NCBI GenBank assembly: GCA_017416845.1
Contig: JAFQBA010000100.1
Span: 8,968-72,967 of the forward strand
Reading direction: 5' to 3'
Source of the DNA: Clostridia bacterium
GTDB lineage: Bacteria > Bacillota > Clostridia > UMGS1810
Length of the DNA: 64,000 nucleotides
The notes under the pieces are model-generated. The model was not told the origin of the DNA and made no database searches. It saw only the letters and a list, made by a program, of their open reading frames with translations. Positions 25,721 through 33,602 of this stretch are shown here, in pieces. The position numbers and the translations under genes were made by a program. Each line of letters begins with the position of its first letter. Positions within the stretch are counted from its first letter, which is position 1.

Positions 25721-27142
25721 CTATTTTTTTATAACTGAAATTTTAGTGCCTTTCGATCCCGTGGGATCAATGTTGACACGATATCCTGAGTTTAGAATCT
25801 TGTTGAATTCTTTATCAAGTTTTTGGCTGAAGTGAGCTGCTGAGCCGGGAAGTAAAGATTTGTCACCAGAAAAATTATCAAATACCTCGTTGTAAAATTT
25901 AGTGGAGTACATCTCGATTTTTTGGCAAGAAAATTTTTTCATATACTCTTTTACAGCAGTAACAACAGGAGAACTCTCACGTGCTATTTTCAGCTGTTCT
26001 TGATTTTTGTTATATATTTCACGAAATTTTTCTTCGGAAATATCAAGTGCCCTAGCAATAGCTAGCATTTCAATGAACGCGTCGGTCATTCTGGGGAGAT
26101 TTTCTTTACTTACATTGTTTATTTCATTCAGTGCACGCGACAGAGTGTTGAAAATCGAACCTAAGATTTCCGGCAACGCTTTTTCAAACTCTACCCACAT
26201 CTCTTTTTCGGATTTTAACGCCGTAGAATCTAGCTTTTTCAAGTGCATCAATATCATCCTTTCTGCGATATCATCACGTTCGGGGTAGTAGCTGATGCCG
26301 TTTAAAACCAGCGTATTGTGTAGTGTGCAGACATCGATGTCGCAGTTGGTGTACAGCGAGCGTTTAACAACAGATGTACCAGTTACTGCTCCGCAAAATA
26401 GATCCGATACATCGTTAGAAACGGAAGCATGGCTAAGATTATCAAAGCAACATAGGTGGGTGCTATTCAGAAGGACACATAGATCACTTTTTTTGTCAGG
26501 TATTGTTGTTACGCTAAACTTGCAGGGGTCCACAATTCTTTTGATAATTTTCGAAAGCGTTGTCTTTCCACTGCCCCTGTCTGCAAGCAACCAAAGGATA
26601 AAGTGACTACCATGCAGGAAGGCCTGGATTACCCACACGACGAGCAGAATGTACGAATCACCAAAAATGTTTATAAAACCTTGAAGAAGATTTAGGGGTG
26701 ATTTTTTTGTTTTCACAGGCTCAACTTGTGGTTGGCTTGCTTTTGATGTGACAAATTTTCTTTTTTTAGGGACTATATCCCAGCCTTCTTGTGTGATGAC
26801 TACGGATTTTTGGTCATCACTTTGCAAGTCATATTCTATGAAGTCTGTTAAATTACCTGATATTCTGACATTTACGTCAATATCCTGGAATTTTTTATAG
26901 TACAACAGGAGACATCTAACCGCTTTGATACTTTCATTAGGATCTAAAGCTTCTTTATATTCATCAATATAATCGAACGATTTTACAAGCAAAAAGCTCT
27001 TGAAACCTTCAGAATCCAAAGATTCAAAGGTTAATTCACCGTTGCAGTTTTCGAATTCTGCATAAAACATATCAGTGTCGTTGATGTCGCGATAAAACAC
27101 AACATCTTTAATAACATCAAAAAGAACTTCTGAAACTTTCAT
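25721..27142 (-). CDS. P-loop NTPase, probable SF3/VirE-type replication helicase of the element
   Basis: 473 aa with AAAGGAG RBS. Walker A is ADRGSGKTT. Walker-B-like element is HLCCFDN. Size and position next to int/xis fit primase-helicase-type replication proteins. The family was not confirmed. Confidence 0.45.
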   Translation of the reverse strand: MKVSEVLFDVIKDVVFYRDINDTDMFYAEFENCNGELTFESLDSEGFKSFLLVKSFDYIDEYKEALDPNESIKAVRCLLLYYKKFQDIDVNVRISGNLTDFIEYDLQSDDQKSVVITQEGWDIVPKKRKFVTSKASQPQVEPVKTKKSPLNLLQGFINIFGDSYILLVVWVIQAFLHGSHFILWLLADRGSGKTTLSKIIKRIVDPCKFSVTTIPDKKSDLCVLLNSTHLCCFDNLSHASVSNDVSDLFCGAVTGTSVVKRSLYTNCDIDVCTLHNTLVLNGISYYPERDDIAERMILMHLKKLDSTALKSEKEMWVEFEKALPEILGSIFNTLSRALNEINNVSKENLPRMTDAFIEMLAIARALDISEEKFREIYNKNQEQLKIARESSPVVTAVKEYMKKFSCQKIEMYSTKFYNEVFDNFSGDKSLLPGSAAHFSQKLDKEFNKILNSGYRVNIDPTGSKGTKISVIKK

Positions 27143-27237
27143 GTGTTTTTCACTCCTTTAATTTTTTTCTTTTTATATTGTAAAAATTCGTTTGGTTGAA
27201 ACTGGATATTATTCTAAAAAAACAGGGGTTCTGTTCT

Positions 27238-27465
27238 TTATTGTGATTCACAAAGCTTGCACACACCCCAGAATCTGTCAAAATCATCGGTATCAACGCA
27301 TGTATATTCACAATCAAAATCATCATATATTCTACTAATAATATTCTTATACGCATCCGAACCTACTTCATATATTTCCGTGATAAGAAATCGGTTTTGA
27401 CCATATTTCAAGTGTGTTCCAGTTAATTTTGGTTGGACTACCCGGAAGAATCTTGCACTTGCCAC
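27238..27465 (-). CDS. Small Cys-rich ORF overlapping the 3' end of 27368..27748 in another frame (start uncertain)
   Basis: GTG-initiated 75-aa ORF ending in CEYTCVDTDDFDRFWGVCKLC (Cys pairs, zinc-binding-like). No convincing RBS. It may be the shifted continuation of the upstream ORF. Confidence 0.25.
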   Translation of the reverse strand: MASARFFRVVQPKLTGTHLKYGQNRFLITEIYEVGSDAYKNIISRIYDDFDCEYTCVDTDDFDRFWGVCKLCESQ

Positions 27466-27748
27466 TAAAATCTTCTAGGTCTTGTAAGACCACAGTTAAG
27501 ACTTTAACGTCATCAAAATACAATCGGCAAAGTACGTCAACATACTCTCGACTTCCAACCCTTAAGTTCTCCAATATGTGAAATGTAAAGTCTGCATCTT
27601 CATCATGCAATTTAAAAAGCAATTTTAGCTCGTTTCCGCCATTGGTATAACAGGCAGCTGCTACTCTTATATCATATAATTTTTCACTGTTTCTTAGTTC
27701 TTGGTTTCTTAAAACCACTATGTCGTCAGGAATAATAATTTTAGTCAT
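27368..27748 (-). CDS. Hypothetical protein
   Basis: ORF 27368..27760. The ATG at 27748 (MTKIIIPDD) lies 8 nt after AAAGGTGG. Confidence 0.5.
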   Translation of the reverse strand: MTKIIIPDDIVVLRNQELRNSEKLYDIRVAAACYTNGGNELKLLFKLHDEDADFTFHILENLRVGSREYVDVLCRLYFDDVKVLTVVLQDLEDFSGKCKILPGSPTKINWNTLEIWSKPISYHGNI

Positions 27749-28066
27749 TTGATAGACCACCTTTCAAAATTTTTCTTACTTATATATGGAAAACGTATGC
27801 CGAACGTATTAATATTAGCGCTCAGTCGGCATCCGTGAATTTTTGTTACTTCGATATGTTAATTGTACTGCATTATAATTGAAAATGTGAGAATTTGCAT
27901 TTACCTAAACTTTATGATTTATGATTTTAAAATGCAGTCATGTGAACGTATTTTTCACCTTTATAGACCATACTTTTACTTTATAAAAATGAAATTTTAG
28001 TATTTTACCTGCTGATAGTATACATCATAATATATAAAAAAGCGGGAATTTGTAATTACCCAAAAG

Positions 28067-28105
28067 AAAAAACCTTTATGCGAATTAATCACATAAAGGT
28101 TTTTA
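28067..28105 (-). terminator. Rho-independent terminator
   Basis: AACCTTTATG / CATAAAGGTT stem followed on the minus strand by TTTTTTCTTTTG, 14 nt downstream of ORF 28119..28781. Confidence 0.75.
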
Positions 28106-28118
28106 ACTTGGTTGTTAT

Positions 28119-28781
28119 TTAATTATCTTTAATGTTATTGATGAATTCCACCAGTGCCCTTGATTCAAGGTCACGTTTATAGCGTTTGAGCAACTGAGGT
28201 AATCTCATATAATCGAGCAAAATAAGATCACGTTTAGTAATGAACTTTTGTGGTTCTCTGGGTTCTTCCTTATAACAGTGATAGACTTTTTCTACAAAGA
28301 AATCAATATCATCATAGGAAATGATTCCGCTAAGGAATGAGAATTTGAAATCACGAAATCCGTATGCATACTTTGTTTCATTACGAATAGTTTCGAGCAT
28401 GCTGTCAAATATTTCACTTTTTAGCTTTTCAATTTTTGATTTTACTTTTTTAAATGTCTCATCATCAAAATTATCTTCTGAGAATTGCTTGGTAATTTTC
28501 AACAAATCATCTAAAATTTCTGACGGGTGAATAAAAGCATTATGAATATCCTCGTAATTTGGCAGAGTGCCACTTTTTATACCCTTTTTTATGTAGTCGC
28601 ATATCTCTTCATTGAGTTTGTATTTTTTTCCCTTGGTATAATCAGACAAATTAATATCAAACTCATTGAAAGCTCTCTTGAGAAAGCTTTCAATAATTTT
28701 TTTATTATTATCCATATGGTGAACGATGTCATGTCCGGAAATCTCTTTTGCAAGTTCGGTTATAGATTTAAATTTTTTCAT
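28119..28781 (-). CDS. Hypothetical protein
   Basis: 220 aa with AAGGAGG RBS. The start overlaps the stop of ORF 28778..28990 by 4 nt. Confidence 0.5.
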   Translation of the reverse strand: MKKFKSITELAKEISGHDIVHHMDNNKKIIESFLKRAFNEFDINLSDYTKGKKYKLNEEICDYIKKGIKSGTLPNYEDIHNAFIHPSEILDDLLKITKQFSEDNFDDETFKKVKSKIEKLKSEIFDSMLETIRNETKYAYGFRDFKFSFLSGIISYDDIDFFVEKVYHCYKEEPREPQKFITKRDLILLDYMRLPQLLKRYKRDLESRALVEFINNIKDN

Positions 28782-28990
28782 AACAATCCTCCTTGAAAAT
28801 AATATAGCTTCCTAAAAAGATTTTTAACATCACTTGTCGCAGATAGGTATTTGATCGTGTATCCATCATTACTTAAATAAATGGTGTAAATTTCGCCATT
28901 TTGATCACGAAAAAACTCGCAGTGATTTGCAACTACGTTAAAAATGACATCAGAAGTTCTTTTTGTCACGTTGATTGGTTTTAATTTCAT
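28778..28990 (-). CDS. Hypothetical small protein
   Basis: 70 aa with AAAGGA upstream. Translationally coupled to the downstream ORF. Confidence 0.4.
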   Translation of the reverse strand: MKLKPINVTKRTSDVIFNVVANHCEFFRDQNGEIYTIYLSNDGYTIKYLSATSDVKNLFRKLYYFQGGLL

Positions 28991-29552
28991 ATTGTACCAT
29001 CCTTTTTATTTAGTTTTCAATGTACTCAAGGTGCAATTGTTACACCTCTATGTTTCAAATATTAATGAATATTTTGGAAATCCCATAAAAAATTGCATCA
29101 AAAAAAGACTATGCAAACGCATAATTAAAACAAACTATTCATTTTGTTACAACAATTCTTTGGGTTGAGGATTTTGATACTTTTGATAAAAATGATACTG
29201 TACTCTTCCTTATTGAGAGCCCGTGGTAACCAACCACTTTTGAAAATTAAAAAAATAAATTAAACTGTTCTAGTGTCTTAGAAATAATAAAAATAAAGTT
29301 CCTGTAAAATAAGTCATAAAAATCATCATTCAATACTCAGTTGCATCATGCATAATTAAAATTTGGCGCCATACATTCTGTAACATCAATTGAATATATT
29401 TATATTATATCATATCACTTTCAAAATATCAAGAATTTTTTTATTTTGAGGTTCCATTTTGAGTTTCCATAAGTTTACGTAGAGTTAAAAAAGGGAAAAA
29501 ACATCGTCATTATCAATGCTACTGTCGAATCCAGAATAGTTTACACCGAAGT

Positions 29553-29618
29553 GTCACCTGTCACCAGGTGCCGTTTTCCCTTGTATAGAGCCAAAAACCA
29601 CAATTTTGGGCAGGTGAC
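29553..29618. repeat. Inverted-repeat module, copy 5 (inside an ~880-bp non-coding region)
   Basis: GTCACCTGTCAC at 29553-64 and GGGCAGGTGAC at 29608-18, 55-bp spacing. The left arm is part of the local palindrome CACCTGTCACCAGGTG. Confidence 0.65.
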
Positions 29619-29874
29619 AAATTTTAACATTTCATATGACGATACTAGGAATTCAATATTATACGCGTGATATCAGACAAATCAACGACGCCATGAGCCT
29701 AACACCTCATATACGATATCAGATGTGTCGATACTGTCGATATAGATGCATAATAAAAAAATAACACCCTTACAAATATGTAAGAAGTGTTTATACTACG
29801 GAACATAGGTTTTCCCTATGTTTTTGTATGCTCCCACACGAACCCATGTGGGAGCATTTGTTTTCATGCGTCTT

Positions 29875-30399
29875 TCATTCTGGTATAGTGCATTTTTCCA
29901 GAAGCCATTGACTCCGGATGCTTGGTGTAAGCGGATGAAGTCCATTTCTTTCCCCATCAGACAGAACATACAGCTTGTCTTTATATTCCTTAATCGTATT
30001 CAATACCTCTATAGCTCTTTCCTCGATTCTTGCATTGGTATTTGCAGCCTTACCCCATGCAAGTATTGTTTTTGATGTAGATTCAACTGATTTCAAAATA
30101 TATGAATCATTTTCTTCACAGTTCAATTCATCATCACTTTCACTGAATCTTAGCTTGTTTGTCAGCTTTGAATACAAGTTCAATACTTCAACTCCACCAT
30201 ATTCACCAAGGTTTGCTACGTTATTCACAACAAGATATGTAGTAGTATCGGTAATGATATTATCTGCCTGACTGGGATTAAGCATTATTACAGATATCAG
30301 TGGTTTATCCTTGTCCCATACTCTTTTCCACAAATACCTGTGTGTTCTGTCATCATTAAATATTGATTCGCATTTTATAGTGTCTTTTTCAGTTATCAT
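29875..30399 (-). CDS. DUF1643 domain-containing protein
   Basis: RTHRYLWKRVWDKDKPLISVIMLNPSQAD matches the R.Y.L.R.W ... MLNPS.AD signature I associate with DUF1643. GGAGGAAAA RBS. Confidence 0.65.
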   Translation of the reverse strand: MITEKDTIKCESIFNDDRTHRYLWKRVWDKDKPLISVIMLNPSQADNIITDTTTYLVVNNVANLGEYGGVEVLNLYSKLTNKLRFSESDDELNCEENDSYILKSVESTSKTILAWGKAANTNARIEERAIEVLNTIKEYKDKLYVLSDGERNGLHPLTPSIRSQWLLEKCTIPE

Positions 30400-30568
30400 C
30401 GTTTTCCTCCATAATAGTAAATTTTACATCTTCAAAGTTATCTGCACTCAAAACAATATCGCTGTTGTTGTACATTTGCTTTGCCATACCTATAGCTTCA
30501 TTTTCATTATCAGCTTCTATATCTATAGTAGCTTTCAATATTTCGGATATATCAACCTTGAATTTCAT
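30389..30568 (-). CDS. DpnD/PcfM-like small protein
   Basis: ORF 30389..30595. The ATG at 30568 lies 7 nt after AAAGGAG. MKFKVDISEILKATIDIEADNENEAIGMAKQMYNNSDIVLSADNFEDVKF resembles the DpnD/PcfM family of conjugative elements. Confidence 0.45.
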   Translation of the reverse strand: MKFKVDISEILKATIDIEADNENEAIGMAKQMYNNSDIVLSADNFEDVKFTIMEENDDN

Positions 30569-30905
30569 CTGTAATCTCCTTTGGCGTATCGGCAAGTGCA
30601 GTAAATATAACTATGCCATAGTCATCGCTTATCAAATACAACGAACAGCAATACTCGGGCTCCGAATCTATATGGTCCACATACTCCGGAACATATTCTT
30701 CATAATCAAACCACGACAGAATCTCTGTATCCTTTGTTCCGGGTTCCGCATACAAAACATAACCGCCATTGTTTTTGTCAATATCTCTGTCACTACCATA
30801 ATTATCATCCAGAATTTCAAGATTTTCTGATATCCTTTCACGTATTTTTTCGTCCATAGATGGCAGCTTGTTTAACTCCGATAAAGTACCTATTTTATAT
30901 ACCAT
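30552..30905 (-). CDS. Hypothetical acidic protein
   Basis: ORF 30552..30989. The ATG at 30905 (MVYKIG) lies 7 nt after GGAGGTG. Confidence 0.5.
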   Translation of the reverse strand: MVYKIGTLSELNKLPSMDEKIRERISENLEILDDNYGSDRDIDKNNGGYVLYAEPGTKDTEILSWFDYEEYVPEYVDHIDSEPEYCCSLYLISDDYGIVIFTALADTPKEITDEIQG

Positions 30906-30909
30906 ACTC

Positions 30910-31305
30910 TTACACCTCCCAATCCGTAAAAATATTAAACGACATTGCCTTATCAACATCATTCGAAGTAAGTTCTTCCGGAGTAGCAAAGTAATTTGAG
31001 TAGTATTCTATGAACTTCTCAGGCAATGATGTCAAATTACCATCATCATCCTCGCCAACAACATAAAAAACACCGCAAATCACATCGTTATAAAACCTTC
31101 TGTTCGGCTCGAGATTTATAAGCTTGCCTTCCTCGTTGCAAAGAATACAAACATTATCATCAATACCGATAATCTCAATATACCCTACACTTTCAGCACC
31201 AATTGATACCGCTTCCTGTAACGAATGCAGCTCATTTTTGATAGTAGTGACAGCAGGTGCTTTGCCCGGCTCTACCATTAAGACTTTGATATCTTTTTCT
31301 TTCAT
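30910..31305 (-). CDS. DUF3846 domain-containing protein
   Basis: ORF 30910..31353. ATG at 31305 after GGGAGG. IKVLMVEPGKAP...LQEAV...CNEEGKL...GVFYVVG matches the DUF3846 pattern as I remember it. Confidence 0.6.
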   Translation of the reverse strand: MKEKDIKVLMVEPGKAPAVTTIKNELHSLQEAVSIGAESVGYIEIIGIDDNVCILCNEEGKLINLEPNRRFYNDVICGVFYVVGEDDDGNLTSLPEKFIEYYSNYFATPEELTSNDVDKAMSFNIFTDWEV

Positions 31306-31392
31306 AATATATAACCTCCCAAAAAATAAAATGTCCATAGTAGCCTTTGCCACTATGGATTACATTCATAATATATATTTATATCTTGTAAC

Positions 31393-31422
31393 TTTACATA
31401 TTGCCTTTTCGGACACTAAAAT
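31393..31422 (+). promoter_or_regulatory. Candidate sigma-A promoter of the plus-strand module
   Basis: TTTACA (31393-98), 18-nt spacer, TAAAAT (31417-22), 77 nt upstream of the ATG at 31499, in the divergent intergenic region. Confidence 0.4.
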
Positions 31423-31498
31423 ACTAACAAATAATTAAAGGGATATTTCTGTGTTCCTTAACATATTAAAATAAACAAATGAATAGAGGTGAATCAAA

Positions 31499-31846
31499 AT
31501 GCCTAAGCCGCGGCGCAAATATAAACTGGCTGACATCAACTACAGAAATGTAGACCTGAGAATGTATTCAAAACTTATCATAGATAATATTAACAGCACA
31601 GTACCGGGTAAGAATCCCCAAGTCTTTGAATCATATTTCTCAACAGATTTACTTACTCAAAGTGAATCGGTATTAATCGGAAGAGCCTTAGCTAAGCTCG
31701 AAGAATTAAAGCCTTACGGTAAAACAATTACAATATTCAGACTGTTTGACGGTAAAGCCTATGCCGGTGAAGAATCAAATGTTCCCATCAAAAAGAAAGA
31801 AACGGTTATAAAAGCAACAACCATCAAAGGAGGTAGAGTACGATAG
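31499..31846 (+). CDS. Hypothetical protein
   Basis: 115 aa with AGAGGTG RBS. Confidence 0.5.
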   Translation: MPKPRRKYKLADINYRNVDLRMYSKLIIDNINSTVPGKNPQVFESYFSTDLLTQSESVLIGRALAKLEELKPYGKTITIFRLFDGKAYAGEESNVPIKKKETVIKATTIKGGRVR

Positions 31847-32040
31847 AAAAGTTTACAAGAAAATACTTAAATATTGATGATATTCAAAAAGAATACCTGC
31901 CGGTGAGCAAAAAGAGAATAAGATGTTTTGTGAAAAAGTATCTTAACTATAATATTATCGGCGGCAGAATTTTTGTTGAAAGACAAGCCTTGGAAGATAT
32001 GCTGTCAGATCCCGACAGAGACTCCTTTCCACTGACATAA
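31843..32040 (+). CDS. Excisionase/MerR-like HTH small protein with no canonical start (ATA at 31843?)
   Basis: Open frame from 31837 to TAA at 32038-40, encoding ..KYLNIDDIQKEYLPVSKKRIRCFVKKYLNYNIIGGRIFVERQALEDML... AAGGAGG at 31827-33 sits 9 nt before the in-frame ATA. The first in-frame canonical start is a GTG at 31903, which would cut into the HTH. Confidence 0.35.
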   Translation: MEKFTRKYLNIDDIQKEYLPVSKKRIRCFVKKYLNYNIIGGRIFVERQALEDMLSDPDRDSFPLT

Positions 32041-32067
32041 TTGACGTTACATAAGGAGGTAATAACA

Positions 32068-32397
32068 GTGGAATATATACTTATAAACGGATTGATAGTA
32101 GAACCCAACGAATGTCCCTATGATATAACTTTGATAAACGATAAAGATTTTATAGAGTTTCACTTACTTGAATTCCCTGATGATGAGTGTAGTACAAAAA
32201 TAATAAAAATAGCAGATGATGCCTGCATCATTTACAACAGCCTTGCCAAAACCCTTAACAGAATAGTATACGGCAAAATCATATACGGTAATTTCTATAT
32301 AGTTGGTGTTGACAAAAATAAAACGTTGGTATCGTTATCAGATAACGCCAAGATAATGTACACTCAAATGTTCGGATACGGAATGTTGCTTGTATAA
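32068..32397 (+). CDS. Divergent DUF3846-like protein
   Basis: GTG at 32068, 8 nt after AAGGAGG. IVEPNECPYDITL ... GNFYIVG ... SLS resembles the protein encoded at 30910..31305. Confidence 0.45.
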   Translation: MEYILINGLIVEPNECPYDITLINDKDFIEFHLLEFPDDECSTKIIKIADDACIIYNSLAKTLNRIVYGKIIYGNFYIVGVDKNKTLVSLSDNAKIMYTQMFGYGMLLV

Positions 32398-32493
32398 TCG
32401 TAAACTTCTATAAAATAACTATATATTATATTTATGAAGCCTATAGTAGCCAAGTGCTACTATAGGTATTTTATTTTTTGGGAGGAATATATA

Positions 32494-33600
32494 ATGAACA
32501 AAGAAAAATTCTGTAATGAATGTGGCATAGCACTTACAGAGCAAAACACAATGGAATTTAACGGCAACGCTATGTGTCAGGATTGCTATGATCGTCTGAC
32601 GATAAGTTGCGACAATTGCGGAGAACGAATATGGGCATCAGATGCCGAGGGTAACGGTAATGTAACAGTATGTATCCACTGTTATGATAACTACTATACT
32701 CACTGCGAAAACTGTGGGATATTGATACACTGCGATAGTGCTTTCTATGAAGACAATTCCGATTATCCATATTGCGAACATTGCTATAACGCAAGAATGG
32801 AAGCACCAATCAAGCCATACAATCATAAACCTTGTCCTGTCTTTCATGGTTCGGGAACTCTTTATATGGGTGTAGAGCTTGAAATTGACAAAGGTGGAGA
32901 AATATCCGAGAATGCCGAAGCTATCATTGACATAGCAAATACAGATAATAATCATATATACTGCAAGCACGACGGAAGTATTGATGATGGATTTGAAATG
33001 GTAAGCCATCCTATGACACTTGAATATCATACTAAGGGTATGAATTGGCGCGAAGTATTTGAACAAGCAGTCAGCATGGGATATCGTTCTCATCAGACGA
33101 CCACATGTGGACTACATATACACGTCAACCGTTCAGCCTTTGGCGAAAGTATTGATGAACAGGAGGATACAATATCAAAAATAATATATCTTGTAGAAAA
33201 CCACTGGAATGAACTGGTAAGATTTTCAAGAAGAACCGAAATGAGTCTTACTCGTTGGGCAAACAGATACGGAATACTGACAACTGCCAAAGAAACCTAC
33301 AAAAGTGCAAAAGGAAAACACTATGGACGTTATGTTGCAGTAAATCTTGAAAATGATAATACTATAGAATTCCGTCTATTCAGAGGTACCCTGAATTATG
33401 ACACTTTCCTTGCCACATTGCAACTTATTGATGAGATATGTAATCTTGCAATACATAGTGATGACAAAGATATAGAATCACTATCATGGAGTTTGTTTGT
33501 ATCTGCTATAGATACTGACAAGAAACCGGAGCTGATTCAATATCTCAAAGACAAACGTCTATATGTAAATGAAAGTACAAACGAAAGAGAGGAAATGTAA
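32494..33600 (+). CDS. Amidoligase-family enzyme (GS-like) with three N-terminal zinc-ribbon repeats
   Basis: ATG at 32494 after GGGAGGAA. Three repeats of C..CG...C..CY (CNECG/CQDCYD, CDNCGE/CIHCYD, CENCG/CEHCYN). Then GVELEID, HDGSIDDGFEMVSHP, GLHIHVNR and NTIEFRLFRGT, the putative amidoligase signature. Confidence 0.65.
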   Translation: MNKEKFCNECGIALTEQNTMEFNGNAMCQDCYDRLTISCDNCGERIWASDAEGNGNVTVCIHCYDNYYTHCENCGILIHCDSAFYEDNSDYPYCEHCYNARMEAPIKPYNHKPCPVFHGSGTLYMGVELEIDKGGEISENAEAIIDIANTDNNHIYCKHDGSIDDGFEMVSHPMTLEYHTKGMNWREVFEQAVSMGYRSHQTTTCGLHIHVNRSAFGESIDEQEDTISKIIYLVENHWNELVRFSRRTEMSLTRWANRYGILTTAKETYKSAKGKHYGRYVAVNLENDNTIEFRLFRGTLNYDTFLATLQLIDEICNLAIHSDDKDIESLSWSLFVSAIDTDKKPELIQYLKDKRLYVNESTNEREEM

Positions 33601-33602
33601 AT

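Noticed and set aside
27150-27356. 68-aa minus-strand ORF
   Set aside because: It overlaps the more plausible Cys-rich ORF and the helicase RBS region, has a hydrophobic low-complexity translation, and has no RBS.
23762-29618. CRISPR array or canonical integron attC array
   Set aside because: The repeats are inverted pairs rather than direct repeats with uniform spacers, and the intervening units are full genes. No GTTRRRY/RYYYAAC core sites are present, and the adjacent integrase looks phage-type rather than IntI-type. The attC analogy is kept only as a hypothesis.
29620-29815. 41-aa minus-strand ORF (MFRSINTSYIFVRVLFFLLCIYIDS...) as a small hydrophobic toxin
   Set aside because: It has only a weak GGGAAAA upstream, no partner antitoxin or antisense evidence, and lies in AT-rich sequence where short ORFs arise by chance.
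28944-30075. Plus-strand ORFs 28944..29168 (74 aa) and 29818..30075 (85 aa)
   Set aside because: The first lies in very AT-rich non-coding sequence with no RBS. The second runs through a terminator-like hairpin and is antisense to the DUF1643 gene.
32570-33290. Minus-strand ORFs of 79, 151 and 65 aa
   Set aside because: They are antisense to the amidoligase gene, which has strong motif support.
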